Below are positions 29,060 through 37,291 of a DNA stretch of 64,000 nucleotides, piece by piece. The notes below the pieces were generated by a model. That model saw nothing but the letters and a program-made list of their open reading frames with translations. It did no database searches and was not told the DNA's origin. The first letter of the stretch is position 1. Every line of letters begins with the position of its first letter. Position numbers and translations under genes: made by a program. Source of the stretch: an uncultured Pseudomonadales bacterium (GTDB taxonomy: Bacteria > Pseudomonadota > Gammaproteobacteria > Pseudomonadales > Pseudohongiellaceae); assembly GCA_947259995.1 (NCBI GenBank), contig CAMYOK010000002.1, positions 224,881-288,880 of the forward strand, written 5' to 3'.

Positions 29060-32000
29060 ATGACAATTAAAGTAGCAATACACCACCAGACAACGTATCA
29101 ATTTGATCGCTTGGTGGAAATTTTGCCCCATGTTGTTCGCTTGCGTCCCGCACCACATTGTCGCACTCCTATCGATTCTTATTCGCTTAAGATCACACCA
29201 GATGAGCATTTTATTAATTGGCAGCAGGACCCGTTCTCCAATCATTTAGCTCGTTTGGTTTTTCCTGAAAAAGCCAAAGAGCTATCTATCACTGTCGAGC
29301 TAATTGCCGACATGACAGTTATCAATCCGTTCGACTTTTTTGTGGAAGATAGCGCTCAACATTTTCCCTTCAAGTACGATGCGCAACTCGCCAAAGACTT
29401 AGCTCCCTACCTAGAAGTGAAAGAGTCTGGCGCTGCCATGAAGAAATGGCTTAAGGGCGTCAATCAAACTAAGCAACCTATCGTGACCTTCCTGGTGGCC
29501 GAAAACAGCAGAACGCAACAAGCAATCAATTACGTGATTCGCATGGAGCCCGGGGTACAATCTTGCGAGACAACCCTGACAAGCACTTACGGCTCATGTC
29601 GCGACAGTGCTTGGCTGTTTGTACAAACTTTGCGGCACATGGGACTTGCGGCACGGTTTGCCTCTGGCTATTTAGTCCAACTCACGGCTGACGTGCGCTC
29701 TTTAGACGGCCCAACCGGCCCGACAGAAGACTTTACTGATTTGCATGCATGGACCGAGGTCTATATTCCCGGCGCCGGTTGGATTGGCCTTGACCCAACC
29801 TCCGGTCTATTTGCCGCCGAGGGGCATATCCCTCTTGCTTGTACTCCCGACCCAGTGAGTGCCGCCCCAATTACCGGTAGCACTGGGGTTTGTGAGGTAA
29901 AATTCCTACACGAGAATTCGGTCTCACGCATTCACGAAGACCCACGTGTCACCAAACCCTACAGCACCGAACAATGGCGCGAGATTGACGCACTTGGTCA
30001 CAAGGTCGACGAGGACTTACAAGAGCACGACGTGCGCTTAACAGTGGGCGGCGAACCCACATTCATCTCTATCGATGACATGGAAAGCGCACAGTGGAAC
30101 ACTGCCGCTTTGGGCAAAGACAAACGTCGATTAGCAGGTGAGTTATTGTTGTCGTTGAAACAACATTACGCCCCGGAAGGACTCCTGCACATAGGCCAAG
30201 GCAAATGGTACCCCGGCGAGCCATTGCCCCGCTGGGCGTTGGGCCTGTTCTGGCGCACCGATGGCAAACCACTTTGGCACAATGCCAAGCTATTCGCAGA
30301 CGAACGCACACATGGCGCAGCCAATACACGTCTCGCCGCTAACTTCATCAGCACTCTGGCCCAAAAGCTGCGTTTGAATCCGCGCTATGTAATGCCCGCA
30401 TTCGAAGACAAAGCTTTCTATCTAAAACGCGAGTCAGAATTGCCCGCTAATGTTTCCCTATGGGATAGCAAGGTCGTCGACCCACTAGAGGCCGCGCGCA
30501 TTAAAAAGATTTTCTCACAAGGTTTGGACAAAGAGAGTGGCTATGTTTTACCGCTGTCCTCCACTCGCAAAGAAGACGCAACGCATTGGCTAAGTTGTCG
30601 CTGGTTTTTCCGTAAAGAACGTCTCACTTTGATCCCAGGTGACTCGCCCGCAGGTTACAGGCTGCCTCTTGAAAGCCTACCCTGGGAAAAACCTGACACC
30701 AATGATGAAGAACACGGCATAGACCCATTTTCTGCCCGAGAAGAGTTAGCCTACCCTCTCGACTTAGAAGATGATGCTGAGGCTTTGGAAATAACCCAAG
30801 CAGAGGATGGGCGCATCTTCCATACAGCACTTTGCGTTGAAGTGCGTGACGGGCGTTTATATTTGTTCTTACCTCCGCAAACAGATCTCGAGCGTTATGT
30901 TGAGCTCATTGCAGCCATTGAAGCGACGGCGGAGAAGCTCACCTGCCCTATCATCATCGAAGGCTATGAACCGCCGAAAGACCCCCGCTTGCAAAAGTTG
31001 ATGATCACCCCTGACCCCGGCGTCATCGAGGTCAATGTGCAACCCTCGAAGAGCTGGCCAGAGTTAACCTCTCTGGCACAAACGCTCTACGAGCAAGCCC
31101 GACAGCAACGCTTGGGCACCGATAAGTTTATGCTCGATGGCCAGCACACTGGCACCGGTGGTGGCAATCATGTAACCCTCGGCGCAGCAAAGCCCGAAGA
31201 TAGCCCGTTCTTGCGGCGTCCTGATGTCCTAGCAAGCCTTATACGTTACTGGCAAAACCATCCAAGTCTTTCGTATTTGTTCTCTGGGCAATTTATAGGC
31301 CCAACGAGCCAAGCTCCCCGCGTCGATGAGGCGCGCGATGATAATCTTTACGAGCTTGAAATAGCGCTGCAGCAATTGGACAGTGAAGACACCAAGCAGG
31401 TCTGGCTTGTTGACAGAATCCTGCGCAATTTCCTAGTCGATCTCACAGGAAACACCCACCGCGCTGAGTTCTGTATCGACAAATTATATTCGCCCGACAG
31501 CGCTAGCGGGCGCCTAGGGATACTCGAGTTTCGCAATTTTGAGATGCCACCTCATTGGCAAATGAGCGCCCTGCAGGTCTTGTTGATTCGCTCTTTAGTG
31601 GCGCATTTTTGGCAGACACCCTATACACGCCCACTGATCAATTGGGGCACCGAATTACATGACAGATTTATGCTCCCGCATTTCGTCTGGGAAGACCTAG
31701 CTTGGGTCACCAAGGATCTCAATGATGCGGGCTATCCATTTGAATTAGATTGGTTTGCTCCGTTTCAAGAGTTTCGCTTCCCTTACTACGGTTCTATTCA
31801 TGCGGCGGGGATCCAGCTTGACGTGCATCGGGCTATTGAGCCATGGCATGTATTGGGCGAGGAGTCGAGCGGCCAAGGCACTGCACGCTACGTCGACTCA
31901 TCGGTCGAACGTTTGCAGATTCGCGCGCGCAATTTGACTGGCAATCGCTTTATCATCACTTGCAATGGTCGCAAAGTGCCAATGCGCAGCACAGGCACGG

Positions 32001-32332
32001 AAGGCGAGTTTGTCGGAGGTGTCCGCTATAAAGCCTGGGCACCATGGTCTGCATTGCACCCAACTATCAATGTACATTCGCCATTAGTTATCGACATCGT
32101 TGACACTCACCATAAGCGCTCCCTTGGTGGCTGCACCTACCATGTCTCACATCCTGGCGGCAGGAATTATGACACCTTCCCCGTCAATGCAAACGAGGCA
32201 GAAGCTCGACGTGTCGCGCGGTTCTGGCAACATGGCCATAGCCAAGGTGAAATGGATTTAGACCTAAGCGAACCACACAGCGCGCACCCTTATACCCTAG
32301 ACATGCGTTACAATCACCGACCTAAAAAATAG
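29060..32332 (+). CDS. Large transglutaminase-family protein (Bact_transglu_N, transglutaminase core and DUF2126 putative amidoligase region)
   Basis: 1090 aa. The N-terminus is MTIKVAIHHQTTYQFDRLVEILPHVVRLRPAPH. The transglutaminase catalytic region is GSCRDSAWLFVQTLRHMGLAARFASGY...DLHAWTEVYIPGAGWIGLDPT (Cys-His-Asp). A long C-terminal extension is typical of COG4196-type proteins. Confidence 0.85.
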   Translation: MTIKVAIHHQTTYQFDRLVEILPHVVRLRPAPHCRTPIDSYSLKITPDEHFINWQQDPFSNHLARLVFPEKAKELSITVELIADMTVINPFDFFVEDSAQHFPFKYDAQLAKDLAPYLEVKESGAAMKKWLKGVNQTKQPIVTFLVAENSRTQQAINYVIRMEPGVQSCETTLTSTYGSCRDSAWLFVQTLRHMGLAARFASGYLVQLTADVRSLDGPTGPTEDFTDLHAWTEVYIPGAGWIGLDPTSGLFAAEGHIPLACTPDPVSAAPITGSTGVCEVKFLHENSVSRIHEDPRVTKPYSTEQWREIDALGHKVDEDLQEHDVRLTVGGEPTFISIDDMESAQWNTAALGKDKRRLAGELLLSLKQHYAPEGLLHIGQGKWYPGEPLPRWALGLFWRTDGKPLWHNAKLFADERTHGAANTRLAANFISTLAQKLRLNPRYVMPAFEDKAFYLKRESELPANVSLWDSKVVDPLEAARIKKIFSQGLDKESGYVLPLSSTRKEDATHWLSCRWFFRKERLTLIPGDSPAGYRLPLESLPWEKPDTNDEEHGIDPFSAREELAYPLDLEDDAEALEITQAEDGRIFHTALCVEVRDGRLYLFLPPQTDLERYVELIAAIEATAEKLTCPIIIEGYEPPKDPRLQKLMITPDPGVIEVNVQPSKSWPELTSLAQTLYEQARQQRLGTDKFMLDGQHTGTGGGNHVTLGAAKPEDSPFLRRPDVLASLIRYWQNHPSLSYLFSGQFIGPTSQAPRVDEARDDNLYELEIALQQLDSEDTKQVWLVDRILRNFLVDLTGNTHRAEFCIDKLYSPDSASGRLGILEFRNFEMPPHWQMSALQVLLIRSLVAHFWQTPYTRPLINWGTELHDRFMLPHFVWEDLAWVTKDLNDAGYPFELDWFAPFQEFRFPYYGSIHAAGIQLDVHRAIEPWHVLGEESSGQGTARYVDSSVERLQIRARNLTGNRFIITCNGRKVPMRSTGTEGEFVGGVRYKAWAPWSALHPTINVHSPLVIDIVDTHHKRSLGGCTYHVSHPGGRNYDTFPVNANEAEARRVARFWQHGHSQGEMDLDLSEPHSAHPYTLDMRYNHRPKK

Positions 32333-32345
32333 GCTCTCTATGGGG

Positions 32346-33578
32346 CTAGGCGTACACCCTAGCCAGGAATGTCGCAAGCCCCCATAGGTAAGCTGCCGAA
32401 AGCAGCACTGCCAATATTTTCTCCAATACATTAGATTTGTATATGGACTGTTCTTTGGCGAAATTGAGATACAAAGCCATACAGAGTGCACCAGTAATAA
32501 AGCCTCCTACGTGGCTGTAGGAGTCAATGCCATCAACGAAGTACTCAACGGCTATCTGCAATCCTATTATCGCAAAAACCATCCTATTCGAACGCTGACT
32601 GACCAACCCGGGCAGATACTTCGTAAACTTCACCACGCAATACGCACCAAAAAGCCCAAAAATCCCTCCGGAGGCACCAATCACGTATTCGTGCGGGGAT
32701 AGATATAAGCTAGTGATTGATCCAACAAGAGCTGAGACAAATAGGATAATGAGAAATCGAAAGGTATCTTGAAGACGTAGAATAGGGTCTGCCATAACAG
32801 CAAACGAGAGTAAATTCGTAAGTAAATGTAATAAATTAAAATGAAGGAAGAAAGTAGAAGTCAACCTATATAAATCGGCGTTACCTTGCGTACTTTTCGT
32901 CAACGCTCCTAACTCTAAGACGGAAAAGTACTCACTTTCACTAAAGTGGTCTAGAAAAATAAGTATCCCGCTCAGAATAATAGTGAAAGAAAACTGAACC
33001 AAGTGAACTTGAAATCTATTAGTGTGTGCGACTATAACTTTCGATAAACTTACTTTCTCTTCATTTGCCTTAACCGCTCTCGAGACAATTTTTTCAAATT
33101 CCGAAAAATCATCAAAACTTTCAAACTTTTCCCTCTCTATAACACGCATACCTCCATCAAATTTACCAATCACAATGGCAAGCACTTCGCCCCTGAAACT
33201 AATTCTCTCTAGACTGAACATTTCATGAAATAGCAAAACCCTCTTCCAAAAATAAAAATATGGATACTCTATTCGATCGCCAAAAACCGTTATCCCTATC
33301 TGTACTCTCTCCATAGATTTGTAGAGAAAATAGAGCATAAGCACCACAATAAACATAGATGCGAAGTATAGATACACAACATAAAGATCACTTTGCAGCT
33401 CAGAAATCCAGCTCATATACATGACTAGAAAAACTAGTACAAACAACAGAAATATGCTTCGAATATTCTGAAATTTTACTCTCGCAGGCCTTGGAAAAAA
33501 TATTTTTCGATCTTGAAGAGAATTCGGAAACTTTTTCTCGTTTGATGATTCAAGAGCCTCTAAACTAGGATCACCCAT
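32346..33578 (-). CDS. Rhomboid-family intramembrane serine protease with a ~190 aa N-terminal extension (two TM helices plus a soluble domain)
   Basis: 410 aa. The rhomboid motifs are intact: FLHFNLLHLLTN (H..N of TM2), GASGGIFGLFGA (catalytic Ser) and SHVGGFITGA (catalytic His). The gene is markedly AT-rich compared with its flanks. Confidence 0.8.
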   Translation of the reverse strand: MGDPSLEALESSNEKKFPNSLQDRKIFFPRPARVKFQNIRSIFLLFVLVFLVMYMSWISELQSDLYVVYLYFASMFIVVLMLYFLYKSMERVQIGITVFGDRIEYPYFYFWKRVLLFHEMFSLERISFRGEVLAIVIGKFDGGMRVIEREKFESFDDFSEFEKIVSRAVKANEEKVSLSKVIVAHTNRFQVHLVQFSFTIILSGILIFLDHFSESEYFSVLELGALTKSTQGNADLYRLTSTFFLHFNLLHLLTNLLSFAVMADPILRLQDTFRFLIILFVSALVGSITSLYLSPHEYVIGASGGIFGLFGAYCVVKFTKYLPGLVSQRSNRMVFAIIGLQIAVEYFVDGIDSYSHVGGFITGALCMALYLNFAKEQSIYKSNVLEKILAVLLSAAYLWGLATFLARVYA

Positions 33579-33653
33579 GTGCTATCCCCAAGGACGAGAT
33601 AACGAACTATTGCTACGCTATCTCGCCAAATTATCAACGCACTAAAATATTTT

Positions 33654-33872
33654 TCATTCTCTCATTAGTGCCACACCGCCTGCGAGCGCAAATGCTGCCA
33701 TTGCGCCTACAGCCAGTGGCGAAACTGATACAGCCAAGCCAACACCAACAACCCCCCAAGAGGGGCCGAAAGCTGCTGACCCTATCGCCATACTCGCGGT
33801 AAAGAAGGGAATCGAATCTAACATTCGTCCACCACTCACCTCATCAATCTCAACTACGCTTAATTCACGCAT
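33654..33872 (-). CDS. Microcin/class II bacteriocin-like precursor peptide with a double-glycine leader
   Basis: 72 aa. The leader MRELSVVEIDEVSGG matches the GG-leader consensus (compare the ColV leader MRTLTLNELDSVSGG, from memory). The 57 aa core is Gly/Ala/Val-rich and hydrophobic. A strong SD (AAGGAG) lies 7 nt upstream of the ATG. It lies 75 nt upstream of the rhomboid gene on the same strand. Confidence 0.65.
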   Translation of the reverse strand: MRELSVVEIDEVSGGRMLDSIPFFTASMAIGSAAFGPSWGVVGVGLAVSVSPLAVGAMAAFALAGGVALMRE

Positions 33873-34111
33873 ACTAGTCTCCTTGAATATTGCTCAAAAT
33901 TTATTCCTTTAAATTGGTTTGCGAGCCCGCCAATGTTTAGCTGAGCCGTCTGACGTCTCAGATTGCTCAGCACAATTTAAATTTAGGACAGGAATAGGAA
34001 TCTCGCCATTAAAAACTGGCAAATTTTGCGGAGAAAAATGAGGGGTTTAGACCCGGACTTCGCGAAGGATTTGCGTCGTCCGGGAGCTAGAGCTTGGATA
34101 TTGCTTAGTTT

Positions 34112-34993
34112 TTATTCACTTCGTTGCAGGGCAGCGATGCGTTCACTCAACGGAGGATGAGACATAAACAGCTTAGAGATGCCGCTAGCACCACGATTGC
34201 TGATACCGAAGGCGACCAATTCATCGGGCATTTGCGTGGCTTGGCCTTGTTGCAATCTTTGTAGGGCGGCAATCATATTTTGCTTGCCTGCAAGAGAGGC
34301 ACCGCCAGCATCGGCACGGTATTCGCGTTGACGGCTAAACCACATCACGATGGTCGAGGCGAGGAAGCCGAGCACCAGCTCGGCAATAATGCTGGTAATC
34401 CAGAATGCCGGCCCGTGGCCCCGCTCAGTCTTGAACACTACTCTGTCTATAAAATGCCCAATCACACGCGAGAAGAAGATAACAAAAGTGTTCACGACAC
34501 CCTGAATCAGGGTTAGCGTCACCATGTCGCCGTTTGCAACATGCGTTACTTCGTGGGCTAAAACGGCCTCGGCTTCGTTCCTATTCATGCTTTGCAAGAG
34601 CCCAGAGCTAACTGCCACCAAAGACTTGTTTCGGCTCGCGCCAGTGGCAAAGGCATTGACCTGCGGTGAGTTAAAAATCGCCACTTCAGGCATGCCTATG
34701 CCAGCCTTTTGCGCCTGTGCGCGAACAGTATCCACCAGCCACTGCTCTGTAGAGTTCTTAGGCTGCGTGATCACCTGCGCACCGGTTGAGCGTTTAGCAA
34801 TCCATTTCGAAATTGCCAATGAAATAAAGGCTCCGCCAAAACCGAACACGGCAGAGAAAATCAACAGATTATTCAGATCTAAACCCGCTCCTTGTTCATC
34901 AAGGATACGTTCTACTCCCAATAGACGCAGAGTAATACTCAGCACCACAATAATGGCTAGGTTAGTCATTAAAAACAGAGCAACTCGTTTCAT
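34112..34993 (-). CDS. htpX: Membrane zinc metalloprotease HtpX
   Basis: 293 aa. Has the [11 protein letters not shown] (HExxH) motif, four TM helices, and full-length resemblance to HtpX. Confidence 0.95.
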   Translation of the reverse strand: MKRVALFLMTNLAIIVVLSITLRLLGVERILDEQGAGLDLNNLLIFSAVFGFGGAFISLAISKWIAKRSTGAQVITQPKNSTEQWLVDTVRAQAQKAGIGMPEVAIFNSPQVNAFATGASRNKSLVAVSSGLLQSMNRNEAEAVLAHEVTHVANGDMVTLTLIQGVVNTFVIFFSRVIGHFIDRVVFKTERGHGPAFWITSIIAELVLGFLASTIVMWFSRQREYRADAGGASLAGKQNMIAALQRLQQGQATQMPDELVAFGISNRGASGISKLFMSHPPLSERIAALQRSE

Positions 34994-35015
34994 TTCAATG
35001 TGTTCCTTTCAATAA

Positions 35016-36413
35016 TCATTCAATGACCTGCCCTTCACTAGGGCCGCGCGGAATCGTCTCGGCGCTATAGACCGGATCCGCCTTCGGCATATTGCGAAAC
35101 AAGCCATCAAAATGTTTTTGTACTCGGCTGATGTTGATTACTGCGATGCCACTGGAGAACCCAAACCACACATACAAGCCATTCATATTTTTAAACATCG
35201 CAGGCATATGTTGGGGGCCTTCTATCGTTCCTTCAAGGTAGTGCTGATATAAAACAGGAATATCATCTAGTGTCACCTTGCCGACAAACAACATCGGGAT
35301 CACCTCTGGCACGCCTGAGTTGATAGCACTGCGAATAAAGTTCACGTTTTCGACAAAGCCACGCAAATAGGACAGGTCCTTGGTAAATATGGAGCCGCCA
35401 TCTAGAGTGCCACCACGAAAAACTCGTTGCGTAATCTTGTAGCTTTCGTGCTCATTTAGGCCCCGTTCAATAAAGTATTGATAGACTTCGACAAAGTTTG
35501 CGCCGCGCTCTGCCATGTCGATGGCTATAACCCGATCACTGATCTTTAACGCTCTTTTGGGGTATGAGCTGAGGGTGAGTGTTTCCATAAGCACCGCCAA
35601 GCCCTCTTGGCAGGCAGTCACTCGAGGCGACCCCACACTCAGCCAAGTCGCCCAAGGCTGATTGCGTCCGTTGAGGGTGGTGCCAACATGCACCCACCCT
35701 TCATGCACCTCTAATATCTGTAGGTCAAACTCAGAAAACTCGGAGTCTTGATTGATCTTTATATAGTCGCCACCGGCCGCGGCATCGGACACGATACCGT
35801 CGCTCAACATCACTCGAATATCGCCAGGAGGAAAATACGGATTGAGTTTTTGTTGTAAGATTTCAACGGCCTGTGGCGCCGCAATGTCCTTGCCATAAGG
35901 ACGGCTGATATGTTCGGCTGACGGGAGAGAGAATAATTGACATAACTTTTCACCCAAAGTTCGGAGCGTTTTGCGATCGCCACGCATCTTGTCCGAGGCT
36001 GATCCATAGAGCTCTCTACTGAGCTTGCCAAATGCAGGGGTGCCACGACTCACTAACAAATCAATGACCACCAAATATTGATTGATTGTGTCGCGCAGAA
36101 TGCCGCCCAAACCATCGCGCCGACCTAGGCTGCGACGCACATCGTCTCGCAGCTCTTTAAAGCGCGCACGCAGTAAGTCCGGATCAAAATTGAGCGGCAT
36201 GCGCTCATAATAGTCACGATTCACTGCGGGCAGCACTTTGCCTCCCGTCGCTAAAAAGTCATGCTCAAAATGGGCTGGCCACTTAATAGCGTCAAGAATG
36301 CGAATCGGCTGTTGTAGCTCCAACAATCGATCCGAAAGCACTTTTACCTTGGCTTGATACTCTGCTTGACTCATACATCCTCTGAACGCTTGCATTAGGG
36401 CCTGAATACGCAA
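35016..36413 (-). CDS. DUF1704 / QEGLA-motif protein (flavohemoglobin expression-modulating family; MATCAP-like metallocarboxypeptidase fold)
   Basis: 465 aa. Contains the literal QEGLA motif (TACQEGLAVLMETL) and the upstream HEGWVH motif. Confidence 0.8.
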   Translation of the reverse strand: MRIQALMQAFRGCMSQAEYQAKVKVLSDRLLELQQPIRILDAIKWPAHFEHDFLATGGKVLPAVNRDYYERMPLNFDPDLLRARFKELRDDVRRSLGRRDGLGGILRDTINQYLVVIDLLVSRGTPAFGKLSRELYGSASDKMRGDRKTLRTLGEKLCQLFSLPSAEHISRPYGKDIAAPQAVEILQQKLNPYFPPGDIRVMLSDGIVSDAAAGGDYIKINQDSEFSEFDLQILEVHEGWVHVGTTLNGRNQPWATWLSVGSPRVTACQEGLAVLMETLTLSSYPKRALKISDRVIAIDMAERGANFVEVYQYFIERGLNEHESYKITQRVFRGGTLDGGSIFTKDLSYLRGFVENVNFIRSAINSGVPEVIPMLFVGKVTLDDIPVLYQHYLEGTIEGPQHMPAMFKNMNGLYVWFGFSSGIAVINISRVQKHFDGLFRNMPKADPVYSAETIPRGPSEGQVIE

Positions 36414-36608
36414 GCTTAAAACAAATCTGTGCAGTCACCTAGAAATTCCGCCGCCCAGAGCAGCCAATTAAGACCTTGAAAACTGATACTTTCTTTGAGA
36501 ATTCAGCAACAGTTCACATTGCCAAGGGTAAACTCTACGCAAAGGTGTACATCGACCCACCTCCTTGTCTACAGTAGTGTCGAGATTAGCAATACAGGAG
36601 TATTGAAG

Positions 36609-37268
36609 ATGACGGAAGGAATTAAGCTCAAGCCTTTGGCAACACTCGTCGCCACAGGGCTGCTTTTGGCAAGTTGTACCACGATTAACCCTTATACCGG
36701 CGAACAGCAGGTTAGCCGCGCCGCCCAGTATGGCGCCATTGGCTCTGTCGTTTGCGGCCTTGTCGGTGCCATAGAGAACGGGCAGCACGCGCGCAATGCT
36801 GCCGCTGGCTGCGGTGCAATTGGCGCCGGTGTTGGCGCCTACATGGATGTGCAAGAGGCGGAGTTACGCCAGGAGCTGCAAGGCACAGGTGTGCAGATAC
36901 AACGTAATGGCGATCGTCTCGACCTGATTATGCCTGGCAACATCACCTTCAACACCAATGAATATTCGCTGCGCCCGCAATTCCAACCGGTGTTGGATTC
37001 GGTCGCAACGGTATTGTACAAATACAAAGATACACGCTTACAAGTCAATGGCCATACTGACTCTACGGGCAGCGCCGACTACAACTATAATCTGTCGAAT
37101 CGCCGCGCAACGAGCGTTGCCAATTATTTGGCGGGGCAGGGTGTGGATCAGAACCGCATTATCTCGCAAGGCATGGGACCAGACCAACCAATCGCCTCTA
37201 ATGCAACGGACTCAGGGCGCGCGCAAAACCGCCGTGTAGAACTGCAAGTAATCGCAGCCCCTCAATAA
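36609..37268 (+). CDS. OmpA-family peptidoglycan-binding lipoprotein with a glycine-zipper segment
   Basis: ATG at 36609 after a CAGGAG RBS. Has a lipobox (LLLASCTT), a glycine-zipper region (GAIGSVVCGLVGA...GAIGAGVGAY) and the C-terminal OmpA_C motif (GHTDSTGSADYNYNLSNRRATSVANYL...NRRVEL). Confidence 0.85.
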   Translation: MTEGIKLKPLATLVATGLLLASCTTINPYTGEQQVSRAAQYGAIGSVVCGLVGAIENGQHARNAAAGCGAIGAGVGAYMDVQEAELRQELQGTGVQIQRNGDRLDLIMPGNITFNTNEYSLRPQFQPVLDSVATVLYKYKDTRLQVNGHTDSTGSADYNYNLSNRRATSVANYLAGQGVDQNRIISQGMGPDQPIASNATDSGRAQNRRVELQVIAAPQ

Positions 37269-37291
37269 GGCTCTTCGTTACAGGGCCTCTA

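Noticed and set aside
33654-33872. Interpreting the 72 aa peptide as a GlyGly-CTERM rhombosortase substrate
   Set aside because: GlyGly-CTERM signals are C-terminal (GG, then a TM helix, then a basic tail) on large secreted proteins, and they pair with small (~190 aa) rhombosortases. Here the GG motif is at residues 14-15 of a short peptide behind a classic N-terminal leader, and the rhomboid is 410 aa with a different architecture.
32333-34111. Mobile genetic element (IS, integron cassette or prophage remnant) explaining the AT-rich islet
   Set aside because: I could find no transposase, integrase, flanking direct or inverted repeats, or adjacent tRNA gene. The compositional shift supports horizontal origin, but no mobility machinery is visible.
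34524-35015. 163 aa plus-strand ORF
   Set aside because: It is entirely antisense to htpX, which is unambiguous. It is a shadow ORF.
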